Origin: the human T2T-CHM13v2.0 reference genome, Homo sapiens
Assembly (NCBI RefSeq): GCF_009914755.1
Contig: NC_060932.1
Length of the DNA stretch: 64,000 nucleotides
Direction: 5' to 3' (one strand)
The notes beneath the pieces are model-generated. The model ran no database searches, was not told where the DNA came from, and saw only the letters and a program-made list of their open reading frames with translations. This document shows positions 1 through 11,605 of the stretch, one piece after another (position 1 is the stretch's first letter; each line of letters opens with the position of its first letter). Made by a program: the position numbers and the translations under genes.

Positions 1-77
1 AAGGATTCACATGCTTATTTTGTTTTTTTCCGATGGGAGCCTCCAAACGGCTCTGCTTCTAGTCAGCCATCTCGGCC
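1..77 (-). mobile_element. Extreme 5' end of an older primate L1 (L1PA8-16/L1PB-like) extending left out of the window
   Basis: Reverse complement GGCCGAGATGGCTGACTAGAAGCAGAGCCGTTTGGAGGCTCCCATCG resembles the recalled L1P 5'UTR start GGCCAAGATGGCCGACTAGAAGCAGC. Confidence 0.6.
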
Positions 78-1903
78 AGAATAATCATCCTTGGGCGTTT
101 AGTTTCTGATACAGACATTAAGAAAAGCCGTCTAGGATGAGCCATGCACGTGCACGCGCATGGCAGAGCGTGGTTTGCTGCAGGACTTTTCAGAGCGTTT
201 GTGACCACTTGTCGTTGCAGGCGCCTGGATGAGTGTTTATTCTGTGATTCTTTGACTTCCTTGACCATGGAACGTTTTTTTTCCCCATGGGAATATAGTT
301 CGGGAATTGCCTCTCCAGCCTGATGGAAGGTTGGGGATGTGCGCTGTCTTCCCTTCTGGTTCTCGTTCTTATTCCTCTGCTCCGCCTTGCCAGGATGGCC
401 CTTCTCTTCTGGGTCTCGATGGCGCCTCCTCCTCCCTTCCCTCCTCCCCTTCCCTCTGCGGCTGCGTAATTCCTCCTTGCGCTTTCTTGATTCTACCCCA
501 GGAGCCTCACAGTGGGGACTTGCAGGTTTGCCCTCACCCACCCGGTGCCACCAGCAGAGCCACCTGTCCAGATGCAGATTCAATGTTGTCCTATCACAGA
601 TCCCCTTGGCAGAGTGTGGCTGGGATCTGCTTCCTGTGTGTCTCCGGCCTCAGCCCCCTGTCCTTTGCAAACCTCCCCTCTGTGCCCAAGCCACCCTGGG
701 GCGTTTCCCGACCCCCCTAAACTCTAGGGCATGACAACCCTGTTGCATGGGATGTTCTTGGCACCCCAGCTGGGAGATCCTCGCTGTGTGACCTTCCCGC
801 CCACCCGGCTGTGCCCCTTACTGGCTCCCCCTTGTCCTCACTGCCCCCAGGACCTGGGTCAGTGCTATTGGGTTTGCAGGGCTGTGTCCCTGATTCCCTC
901 CCCTCATCCCTTCATGGTGGGCAGGGTGTGGCATCCTCTTCTGGCTCCCCCTCCCTTGGGGGGTGCTTTTCAGAGGCTGTGAGGAATTCGGGGTAAATAA
1001 GGCACCCCCCCCCCAGTTGCCAAGGCCAAGGATGTGGGCTTCCAGGCCACAGGTGTGATTGAGGGCATGGCTGAAGGTGAAAGGCGACAAGGACCCGTGT
1101 GGCGACCAGGACCAGGCGTGTGCATGTCAGGAAGGGTATTTTATTTCATCTTAATTTTGAGAAATGCTCAGGATTTCAATAGAAAAGCAGAAGAAAGGCC
1201 AGGGGTGGGGGCTGAGAAACAGCAGAGGCCCAAAAGGTCAGGCTGTGGAGAATGTGAGTGGTACAGCCCTGGTGAGGTGTACACATGGCAGACGAGGGGA
1301 TGCGCTCTCCCTGCGGTCGGAAGCTGTTCTCTTGGGGTTCAGGTGATGCCAGGTGGCACCTTCCCTGCACCCGTGTGTGCGTGGGCAGCTGCTGGGCCAC
1401 AGGATGGGAGCCTCGCCTGGGGAGGGCTGATCGCAGGACTGTTCCATCTCAGAGAGCGTGAGGCCGGCCTCGAGAGCCTCCGGGATTCAGAAGGTGGCTG
1501 GTTCTGGGAGTAGAGGATGGGTTGTGTGGGCAGGAAGATCTAATTTAAATGATAAATAGGACCCTTGAGAAAGAAGAATCCCATGACAAAGAGACAAAGA
1601 GAATTCTAAAAGACACTGTGGAGTGCAAAGCACGCCAGGATCCCAGCCAGCCCAGGACGGGGAGGGCCTGGGAGAGATTCTCACTGCCTGGGGATACAAA
1701 GCCTGCATCCCAGCCAGCCGAGGAGGGGGAGGACCTTGGGAGAGCTTCCACTGCTGCAGGGAAGCCGGGCTAGTGACTGGGGCCGCATCCACAGGTGTCT
1801 GGGGGCTGCGCCACACAGAGCATGGAGGTGATGCTTTCCTGTAACACTGCACGTAAGTGTGCATGAGTCAGTGCCGAGAAAGCCCCTTTTGCCCCTTAGG
1901 ATG

Positions 1904-2430
1904 GCCACTGTCAAAACCGCAGATAATAGCAAGTGTTGGGAGGATGTGGAGGAATTGGGTCCTGGGTGTTGCTGCTGGGAATGGAAGATGGGGCAGATGC
2001 TGTGGAAAATGGTGTATGGAGATTCATCAAAAACTCGAGACGGAACCACCTTGTGACCCAGCCGTTCCCCTCCTGAGTTGATCCAAATGATAGACAGCGG
2101 GGTCTCGGGGCAGCCCCTGCACACCCAGGCTCATAGCGGCTTGTGCACAGCAGCCAGAGGTGGCAGCAGCTAGCGTGTCCGTCCATGGATGGGAGGATGG
2201 GTGAAGAGCGGCCCATCCACACAGCCGAACATGAGTCAGCCTCAAAGAGGAACGAAATCCCGACGAGGCTATGGGGTGGATGAACCCTGGGGACACTATG
2301 CTGAGTGGAATAAGCCAGTCACAGAAAGACCTTGCTGTGTGACTCCACTCATACAATGCCCCTGGGGTTGCAGATTCATAGAGGCAGAAAGTAGAATGGG
2401 GGGTGCCAGGGGCTGGGGAGGGGGCGTGGG
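1904..2430 (+). mobile_element. L1MB-like 3' fragment (ORF2 end / 3'UTR)
   Basis: Collinear L1M motifs AAGTGTTGGGAGGATGTGGAG, TGACCCAGC..TTCC.CTCCT, TAAGCCAGTCACAGAAAGAC, TTCATAGAGGCAGAAAGTAGAATGG. Confidence 0.8.
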
Positions 2431-2995
2431 AGGACAACACAGCTAGATGGAGAAAGCAAATGTGTGGTTAAAGAAAATGGAGGGTTTAGCTGCGTGGCTT
2501 CCCTGGGTAGGTCAGCTCCCTGGTCTGTTCCCTGTGCTGGAAGCACAGTTCCGTTTCTGCTGCAGAACAGAGAGGCGGGGGAGACCGGGAACCACCAGGC
2601 GGGGCAGAGGGATGGGTAGGAGAGGCCGAGCCAGGCAGGCCATGCTCCAGCAGTAGCAGCAACATCTCAGGTTTAGGAGGGAATTTAGGGTTTTTCCTGC
2701 TGCAGCTTCTTAGTCCTACAGAAATGTTAGATGAATGCAGTTTCTAAGCATCCCTAGCCAGCCAGGGCATGGACAGGTCCCCACCCCCAACCCACCCCCA
2801 TGGAATCCCGTGCCTCCTGGTCTGCATCCTGCCTCTGGGATTGGTCTGTGGTTGTGCAAACAATGGTTGGTTCCAGGATCAAGCTCTGGACTCACAGAAG
2901 TACTTTGCACGTCCAGAGGAAAGCCCGGGGCTAAAGAGGCTGCCTTTGCCTTTTACAAGATGACCTGAAGTGAGACACCCTTGCCTGCAAGTTCG

Positions 2996-3080
2996 GAAGT
3001 GGAACCGAGGGCAGGCTGGTTCCTGCTGAGCCGCGTGCAACGTGGGGCAGAAGTGGAACCGAGGGCAGGCCGGATCCTGC
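2996..3080. repeat. Short direct duplication, period 54 bp
   Basis: GAAGTGGAACCGAGGGCAGGC at 2996 and 3050. Confidence 0.8.
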
Positions 3081-4221
3081 AGAGTGGCATGCGATGTGGG
3101 GTCATGGGAGAGTCCTGCCCTCCAGAGTCACTTTCCCTTTGGGTAAAATGATGACGTTTTGCAGAATGTCCGACAGCTAGGAAGGCAGGCACGGTGGAAG
3201 ACCCTGAACTGCTGGGTGCCTTTTGACCCTGCCAGGATGACCAATTCGATGAGGCTGCCCTGTGATTCATCTAACTTACGTGTCGTATCTAATTTCTCAC
3301 ATTGCAAATCCATTCAATTAGATTTAATTAGGCAGATGGAGCAAATATGCACCCTTGTCTGCAGCAGATAGGCAGGAAACCTGTCCCATGAAGGGGAGGG
3401 TGGGGTTAGAGCCCAGTCCTGCGGTCTTGGATGAAGCTGCCCTTCCATCCAGTGTGGCCCTGGGGCCGCCCCTCAGCCCGGAAGCTGTCAGGAGGGTCTT
3501 TCTGCAGTGAGGGAAGTCCGTTAGGCATGCTGTGGTTTCATGACAGCATCCAGCGGCCCTCCTGCCTGCAGGTCTATCCAGGACTCTGTTAACCGTCGTT
3601 CTTTTGGAAAATGTTTGCAGAGCACCAGCCCTGCCAGGTGCTGTCCTAGGCTCTGGACATGGGGGTCTCCAAGGTGTGTCCTGACAGAACGAGACCCCCT
3701 TCGGCCAGCAGCATGGGGCCCGAGCCCCTCCTCTTGCTGTGACAATGCGGATGTGGTTGTCTCGGAGTGCAGAGGTTCCCATGGTTACTGTTGAAGCATT
3801 GGGAGGTTCGGCGTCTCCGAGTAGCTCAGCCTTCTCTCCTTGGCTGTCGGCCCGAGGCTTCGAGGTCACCCAGGCCGTGTGGCTCAGGCTTCAGGCCCCT
3901 CTTGCTCTTCCCTTCTGGCAGGCAGGGGCTTCTTCCCCTCGTGCGTGAGACGTCCTTGTGGGAAGGGCCCTCTCGGAGCAGTGTGCGTCTCCCTCTCCCA
4001 TGGCCACTGCAATGTTTCTGCTGTTGGAGGCTCAGTCAGCTGAGCCCTTGGGTGGGAGACGCCCCCAGAGCAGCCTCCCTGCAGCCTGAGGTGGACACGG
4101 AATGAGTGATCTTTGTGGCTTCCAGCCCTTAGACTTGGAGGTTGTCACTCCAGCACGGTCGAGACATCTCTGTGTTACAGAGACTGGTGTGACAGGGACA
4201 GGGCTGCCCTCCCCTCTGATG

Positions 4222-5700
4222 TGTTCACAGCAGCCAAGATGCTGAATCTACCTGCGTGCCCAGGAGTGATGTGTGGGTGAAGAGAATGTGGCATGTACAC
4301 AATGGAATACTATTTAGCCTTAAAAAAGAATGAAATCCTGTCATTTGTGGAAACATGGATGGAGCTGGGGGACACCGTGACAAATAAGCCAGGTGCAGAA
4401 AGACAAGCACAGCTGATCTCACTCACGTGGGAATCTATGACAAGGCAAATGTATGGAGGCGGAGCAGGGGTGTGGTGGGGAGAGCAGAGTGACAGCTGGC
4501 AGGGGTGGGGTGGGGAGAGTGGAGTGGCGGCTGGCAGGGGCGGGGTGGGGAAAGTGGAGCGGTGGATGGCAGGGGTGGCATGGGAAGAGCAGAGTGGTGG
4601 CTGGCAGGGCAGGGTGGGGAGAGCGGAGTGGTGACTGGCAGGGGTAGTGGCTGGCAGGGGCGGGGTGGGGACAGCAGAGTGGTGGCTGGCAGGGGTGGGG
4701 TGGGGAGAACAGAGTGGAGGCTGGCAGGGGCGGGGTGGGGAGAGCGGAGTGGTGACTGGCAGGGGTAGCGGCTGGCAGGGGCGGGGTGGGGGGAGTGGAG
4801 TGGCGGCTGGCAGGGGCGGGGTGGGGAAAGTGGAGCGGTGGATGGCAGGGGTGGCATGGGAAGAGCAGAGTGGTGGCTGGCAGGGCGGGGTGGGGAGAGC
4901 GGAGTGGTGACTGGCAGGGGTAGCGGCTGGCAGGGGCGGGGTGGGGACAGCAGAGTGGTGGCTGGCAGGGGCGGGGTGGGGAGAGCGGAGTGGTGGCTGG
5001 CAGGGGCGGGGTGGGGAGAGCGGAGTGGTGACTGGCAGGGGCGGGGTGGGGAGAGCGGAGTGGTGACTGGCAGGGGTAGCGGCCGGCAGGGGCGGGGTGG
5101 GGGGAGTGGAGTGGCGGTTGGCAGGGGCGGGGTGGGGAAAGTGGGGTGGTGGATGGCAGGGGTGGCATGGGAAGAGCAGAGTGGTGGCTGGCAGGGGCGG
5201 GGTGGGGAGAGCGGAGTGGTGACTGGCAGGGGCGGGGTGGGGAGAGCGGAGTGGTGACTGGCAGGGGTAGCGGCCGGCAGGGGCGGGGTGGGGGGAGTGG
5301 AGTGGCGGTTGGCAGGGGCGGGGTGGGGAAAGTGGGGTGGCGGATGGCAGGGGTGGCATGGGAAGAGCAGAGTGGTGGCTGGCAGGGCAGGGTGGGGGAG
5401 TGGGGTGGTGGCTGGCAGGGCTGGGGTGGGTGTGGGGAGTCAGCTGGGTGGGCTGGTGGGCTCTGGAGGCTACACAGTATAGTGACTGCAGTTAATAATA
5501 ACACAGAGCTGCATATTTCAGAACAGCCAGAAGAGGGGATTTAAAATGTTCTCACCACAAAGAAATGGTAAATCCTTGAGGTGATGGATATGCTAATTAG
5601 CTCAATTTGGTCATTCCACAATGTATGCAGGACGGATACATCATATCGGACTCCATAAGTATACACAGTCATTATATGTCAACTAAAAATAAAACTTAAA
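4222..5700 (+). mobile_element. L1MA-like 3' end split by a minisatellite (L1 parts about 4222-4480 and 5455-5700)
   Basis: Left part: AATGGAATACTATTTAGCCTTAAAAAAGAATGAAATCCTGTCATTTG. Right part: TTTAAAATGTTCTCACCACAAAGAAATG..GAGGTGATGGATATGCTAATTAGC, ending in an A-rich tail. Confidence 0.85.
4480..5430. repeat. G-rich minisatellite, about 35-bp unit GAGAGCGGAGTGGTGGCTGGCAGGGGCGGGGTGGG, with variant and higher-order blocks
   Basis: Units at 4981, 5016 and 5051; source of the repetitive Pro-rich ORFs. Confidence 0.95.
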
Positions 5701-5929
5701 ATTATGGATGTGTATAATGTAATAGCTGTTGCAGTTGCAGTGTTGTTTTATCTGCAGCATCCCCCGTGCTGAGACACAGCAGCTCTTTCCACCTCTGTTT
5801 CCGGGGAGCAGGGGGCTGTCGGTCTCTGGACGCTGCCCGTCCCCCCTTCTGAGACCACACGCTTGGCGCTGATGAGGAGCAGGAAGGGTTTGTGTAACCA
5901 GAGCTTGAGAGGAGGCTGGAAGTGGTAGC

Positions 5930-6804
5930 TCGAGCCACATTGCATGGGGCCTTCAGGCCCTTTAACGATGAAATGTTTGGGGCCATTGCAGTGGGTTTTG
6001 AGCAGAATAATGCAGTGTGACTTAGGGTTCACGAGGTTTATGAGAGCCCTTTCGGTGGTGGTGTGAAGGAGGGTTATGGGACAGGAGGCTGCTGAACCAG
6101 TCAGGCTGCGGGAGGATGGTTGCTGTCCAGGTCGGTGTGGGGCAGTGGTGAGAGGTGTCAATCCCCAGGGTTTGTTGGATGGGGATGATAGTGGCTAGGT
6201 AGGTGTGGGGCAGTGGTGAGAGGTGTCAATCCCCAGGGTTTGTTGGATGGGGATGATAGTGGCTAGGTAGGTGTGGGGCAGTGGTGAGAGGTGTCAATCC
6301 CCAGGGTTTGTTGGATGGGGATGATAGTGGCTAGGTAGGTGTGGGGCAGTGGTGAGAGGTGTCAATCCCCAGGGTTTGTTGGATGGGGATGATAGTGGCT
6401 AGGTAGGTGTGGGGCAGTGGTGAGAGGTGTCAATCCCCAGGGTTTGTTGGATGGGGATGATAGTGGCTAGGTAGGTGTGGGGCAGTGGTGAGAGGTGTCA
6501 ATCCCCAGGGTTTGTTGGATGGGGATGATAGTGGCTAGGTAGGTGTGGGGCAGTGGTGAGAGGTGTCAATCTCCAGGGTTTGTTGGATGGGGATAATGGA
6601 TGGGATGCAGGTTTGGAGGAGAGGATGTAGGGTTTTGTGCAGGACCTGGCCGGGGAGTGGAATGGTGGTACCATTGCCAGTTCCACCTGGCACCCTGAGC
6701 TGCCGGGATGGTGTGACACCAGGGCGGGGGGGCTGGGTGGTGGGGAGATGATGTATTTGGGGAAGTCACACTAATTTTGGGGTACCCATCCGACATCTAA
6801 ATGG
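5930..6804 (-). mobile_element. L2 fragment containing the 68-bp VNTR
   Basis: GCCATTGCAGTGGGTTTTGAGCAG, GAATGGTGGTACCATT and GACATCTAAATGG match recalled antisense L2 motifs in the expected order. Confidence 0.6.
6134..6597. repeat. 68-bp VNTR, about 6.8 near-identical copies
   Basis: Unit starts at 6134, 6202, 6270, 6338, 6406, 6474 and 6542. Confidence 0.97.
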
Positions 6805-7162
6805 TGCCATGGACTGAACATGTCCCCCCAAATTCCTATGTTGAAGCCTTGGTCCCCAGTGGGATGGTGCTTGGAGGGTGGGGCCCTGGGGGGCGATGAC
6901 GGCGAGGTGTAGTCACGAGGGTGGGGCCCCCATGTTGGTATTCGTGCCCTTGTAGGAAGAGGAAGAGACCAAGTACTGTCTTCTATGGGAGGGCATGGCA
7001 GGAAGGCACCATCTGAGCCCGGAAGTGGGTCCTCACCAGACACTGCCGTCACCTCCGCGCTGGACCTGCAGCCTCCAGAACTGTGAGAAATGAATTCTGC
7101 TGTTCATTTATGGGCCCCCCAGTCTGTGGCTTTTGTTTTATCAGCCCCAGCTGACTAAGACA
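6805..7162 (+). mobile_element. MaLR solo LTR (MLT1A-like)
   Basis: TG...CA ends (TGCCATGGACTGAA ... GACTAAGACA), internal CAGCCTCCAGAACTGTGAGAAATGAATT, 5-bp TSD-like flanks AATGG/AGTGG. Confidence 0.85.
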
Positions 7163-8064
7163 AGTGGTGTCTCTTAATGAATTGATGAATTCTTTGTGTT
7201 TTGAAGAGTCTTCATGGATGGTACTTCAGCCCGAGGAGATGCGTGTGCTTTGTAAGAGATTTGAGGGGTGAAGTCGCCCCAAGTTTTACATCTGTAACAG
7301 GCTTTGAATGACTGTTCTTGCCTCAGTGCCACCAGAGTCAGTGGCGCAAGGGAGAATCATCGGAGGAAACCCCCTCACTGGTGTGGAATCGGAGCCCCCT
7401 TCCTGCGCTTGGAGTGGGGGTTCAGCAGCAGGTCTCTGTTCACTGTGACAAACGCTGATGTTTCATGGAGATGCTGGAATCTCGTGTAAAACATGATCGT
7501 GGCCTCGCACTCAATCCCTTATTTCACAGGTGTTTGTCACCAAGCAACCCTGGTCCTGCCAGGCCATGTTGAGGCTCCCTTCTTTCTCCAAACCCTGTTT
7601 GCTCTAGTCTGGGTTTGCTGGATGCATGTTTTAAATAAGAAGGTGAACACCACGATTGTGCCGATGTATCTGCATTGTAACTGGAAAGCTTTAGGAAGGC
7701 CTGGGAGGACTTCAACTCCAGATGAATTTCACGGTCATTTTACATTTTTTCTTAAGGACATTTCAGCGATGCTTCCTCACAGTTGTAAAAATTGTTGTGC
7801 AGACTAGCTGGACGTTATTTTACATGAGTCTGTTTTAATCTCATCTAATAAACATGGGCGCCCGGTAAGAAGCCGAGGAGTCACGGGGGTGTGTGCGAGC
7901 GCGAAGGGCTGCGTCTCACTCCCAAGACCCGGCACCCCCTGCATCTTCTGTTCCCTCTGCCGCCCCTTCCCTGCCCCGGCAGCCGCTCTCCTCCCGCCCC
8001 TCCCCCTCCCCACGGGCTCACAGGGCTGCATCCTGAGTTTCGGGTGAGCCAGAAGCGAGCACCG

Positions 8065-8400
8065 CAGATGCTCTTCTGTTCAACGGCTTTTCCTTATGAC
8101 ACTGATGAGGAAAACATTGATCCCAGCTGGGGTGCTCTCCGTGCGGGGTTGGCTCCTTCCCCCAGGGCTGTGAGTTTCTCTGGGGACCAGGCTTCCTCCC
8201 ACATCCCAAAGCCCTGCACGTGCAGCGAGTTGCTGTGTTCCCTCCGTTGCTGTCTCAGTGCCTGTGGTGACCTCCATCCAGGCCTGGATCCTGCCTGGCA
8301 CCCTGAGCTGCTGGAGTGAGCTCCCGCCACGTGTGACCCTGACCTGCAGTAAGTGGGTTGGAAAATGAATGAATGAATGAATATAAATTTTTGTAAAAAC
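8065..8400 (+). mobile_element. MER6-like TcMar-Tigger fossil
   Basis: TTCCTCCCACATCCCAAAG, CCCTGAGCTGC, GACCCTGA..TAAGTGGGTTGGAAAATGAATGAATG match recalled MER6. Confidence 0.7.
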
Positions 8401-9196
8401 ATGTATCAGGTCTACGATACCCGTACAAGTGGGCAGTAAACCGTACAGCAGGAAAGCGCTCAGTCAGCCGCTGAGGGCTGTTCTTGTCTGTGACCTGTGT
8501 GGGGGCAGAAGTGCTCCCCATGGTGTTTGCTTTGGAAATGTTTATCCCATGACTTAACCCACTGTGGCCAGGGCTGTAGCCTCCTGCTTGGGTGAGGTCT
8601 GGCGACTTCACCCAAGAGGCCTTGGGGTGACTTCACTCCCCAAATCTCTTACAAAGCACACGCATCTCCTCGGGCTGAAGTGCACCCTGGCGTGGTCCCT
8701 GGAAGGCGGTCATTGGCCGGGGCAGCGATGTTTGGTGTGCGAGCTTTGCACTTACTGAGACGCTTCATCCGCAGGGCACACATCCAAAGCCCATGCAGCG
8801 TCTGGTTCCCTCTCATCCATTTCTCTAGTCACGGAGACATGATTGGGGGTGCTGTGTGCAGGGAAGGGGCCTGGAGAAGCCGCAGGTTTGGACGTGGATT
8901 TTGAGGCGCCTGCCTTTTGGGACTCCGCGTGCTTCCAGCCCCTGCAGCTCATTGCTGGGTCCTCAGATGCCTCTGTGGGGACCTCTGGTCCTGCATTCCC
9001 AGCTCTAAGAAGGCCCTCCATCTGCTCTTTATCTCACAAAGCACGTGGAAGCTGTTGCTTTGTGCTCACCGTTCTTCTGGTGCTTGTGAGTTTTTGCCTT
9101 GGTCACTCTCCCGTGTAAAATGGAGTTTCAGCTGCAGCTTTGAAGGGGGTTAATGGAGTGGATATCCCTGTTCACTGGAGGGTGAGCCCTGCGCAT

Positions 9197-9358
9197 CAGA
9201 GAATGTTTCTTGCACCAGCAGCGCCAACAGTTCCTGGGAGCTTGACGGACAAACAGACTCTTGGGCCCTGCCCCAGAACTCCTGCGTGGGTCCAGCAGAA
9301 GGTGTTTAACAAGCCCCCCAGGCGGTTCTGACGCCAGTGGAAGTGTGAAGACCTCTGA
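9197..9358. mobile_element. MER5A-like hAT-Charlie fossil
   Basis: CCTGGGAGCTTG..GGGCCCTGCCCCAGA..TTTAACAAGCCCCCCAGGCGGTTCTGA. Confidence 0.6.
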
Positions 9359-10398
9359 CTCATAGATAACAACCGTTGACTGATGGCAGCTCATCCCAGT
9401 GCTGGTGAGATCCAGCGGAACAGCAGCCTGATGTCTTCACGCCACTGACGCCGCATCTCCAGCCCCTGGATGGTTCCTCTCTCCAACCTGCTCCCATAGT
9501 GCGTTCCACATGGGACTCCTTCAGTCCTCAGCTGCCCTACGAGCTGTGGTTTTGCCTGAACACGGAAGGTGCAGCACAGCCTGTGAGCCATTGGCCAAAG
9601 GTGGCCTTCCCGTGGTGGCAGAGCTGAGACGTCCCCTGAGCAGCCTATCTGATGCCTGCACCTGCCTTCCCTGGGCCACGCTGCTGAGAAGGGCCTCAGT
9701 GGTGAGTGTGACTCCTTAGAGCTGGCAAGACCCAGGATACCGGCCCTGCATGCAGAGGCATGGGTGTTACACGGGGTACATGACTGGCCTGCGAGAGGCA
9801 GAGGGGAGTTCTGGTCCTGGCCTCTCTGGCTGTGTGTGTGGTGGCAGGCACCTCATCTCTTAATTACTTTTAATGCCATAGAAGGGAGGCCAGAGATAGA
9901 AGACATTATCAAACAAATATGGAAATCATTAAGTCCTGGCATCACAAACATTAAAATGCTATACATCTCATCTCATAGCTTGTAATGCCACATATTCTAG
10001 AAACAAACCTAAGGCAGTTTCTTCTAGGTTGAATTAGCTGGAAAGAATTAATTGAGTATATATTAATGTTCTTGACACTCTAAAGCGTGTATTCACATCT
10101 CAGGCTCATGTGGCTGGAGAAGCACATTCAGTGGCGTGGTGTAACTGCACGTATTTCACAGACACACCACTTATTTGTTATGTGAACTGCAGAGGGTGAG
10201 ACTGTGGGACGCCCCGTGGGACATGCACCCTCCCTCCCGAGGCCAGCGGGAACAGCGAGAATCACCATCCCAGAAGGCAGAAGACATGGAGGATGGGTGA
10301 CCGAAGAGAAAGCAGAATATGTCTTTAAGACCTTTGTGTTTGGAAATAACTTCACATGTAAAAGTTGTAAAAATAAAGGAGGACAGAGGGCACTGGGT

Positions 10399-10722
10399 GG
10401 ATGGTGGGCGGCCTCCTCTTCACGGCGTCGCTCCTGGGTGGACGGTGGTGCCCTGCTCTTCACGGCGTCGCTCCCGGGCAGACAGTGGGTGCCCTCCTCT
10501 TCACGGGGTCGCTCCCGGGCGGACGGTGGGCGCCCTGCTCTTCAGGGCATTGCTCCCAGGCGGACGGTCGGCGCCATCCTGTTCACGGCGTCGCTCCCGG
10601 GCGGACGGTGGGCGCCCTCCTCTTCACGGTGTCGCTCCCGGGTGGACGGTGGGCGCCCTCCTCTTCACGGGGTTGCTCCCGGGCGGATGGTGGGCGCCCT
10701 CCTCTTCACGGTGTTGCTCCTG
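10399..10722. repeat. CpG-rich 41-bp minisatellite, about 8 copies
   Basis: Unit GGACGGTGGGCGCCCTCCTCTTCACGGCGTCGCTCCCGGGC; starts at 10521, 10562, 10603 and 10644. Confidence 0.95.
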
Positions 10723-11313
10723 GAGCTCCGAGGCCCACATCCTCTCACTCCTGGTGTTCATTTTGGTTACACCTTGGAGGTGGTGGTCTTGCCGGCATAT
10801 AATTACTATTCTTTGTCTCCCCTTGCAGCAAATATGCAGTGTGTGGGGAATAGTTTTAAACCACATGGTACCTTGTTCCCCATCAGAATTTCCCCCGGTT
10901 CAGCACCCATGGATGGCTCCTGCCCCATCCCATGTTTATGAGGCTACACGTAAACTGGAAGGGAGGAGCTGGCGTTAAATCCATCACCAGGAGGCGGCTG
11001 CAGCCCGAAAGGAGCATTTGTAGAGAGAAATTCCGGGGAGGTTAACAGCAGGATGGCAGGAGCTGAGATATTCACTGAAGGATTGGAATGTGAAGGCAAG
11101 AGAATGTCCCAGGAAGTAGAACAAAAACACAGAGAAACAGAAAACAGAAGTGAGATGTTAAAAGAAAATGGGCTCCGTAGGTCCGACAGCTGAATAATAG
11201 AAGTTCCAGGAGAAGAGAACAGAGAAGAAGTATTTTGAACTTCCAAAAGTGGAAGGATATGAGTTTTTATTGTCAAAACTATATTACATAGTTTTAAAAG
11301 ACAAGTCGGGGTA

Positions 11314-11605
11314 GGTTGGGTGTAGTGGCTCATGCCTGAAATCCCAGCACTTTAGGAGGCTGAGGCAGGAAGATTGCATGAGGCCAAGAGTTTGTGACCA
11401 GCCGGTAAAGACCCCATATCTTTAAAAAAAATTGTTTTTTAATTAGCTGGGCATGATGTTGTGTACCTGCAGTCCCAGCTACTCAGGAGGCTGATGTAGG
11501 AGGATTGCTTGAGCTGAGCCCAGGAGGTTGAGGCTGCAGTGAGCTATGATCGCACCATTGCACTCCAGCCTGGGCAACAGAGCAAGACCCTGTCTCATAC
11601 AAAAA
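11314..11605 (+). mobile_element. Alu (AluJ-like)
   Basis: Dimeric Alu with GGAGGATTGCTTGAG..CCCAGGAGGTTGAGGCTGCAGTGAGCTATGAT. Confidence 0.92.

Noticed and set aside
141-164. Quasi-palindrome GCCATGCACGTGCACGCGCATGGC with an E-box
   Set aside because: Short and isolated; expected by chance in GC-rich DNA.
4310-5504. 349- and 361-aa Pro-rich ORFs
   Set aside because: Translations of the 35-bp minisatellite; overlapping frames on both strands, no domain and no gene structure.
11040-11290. A-rich stretch resembling an old L1/HAL1 ORF1 fragment
   Set aside because: Too degenerate to assign without an alignment.
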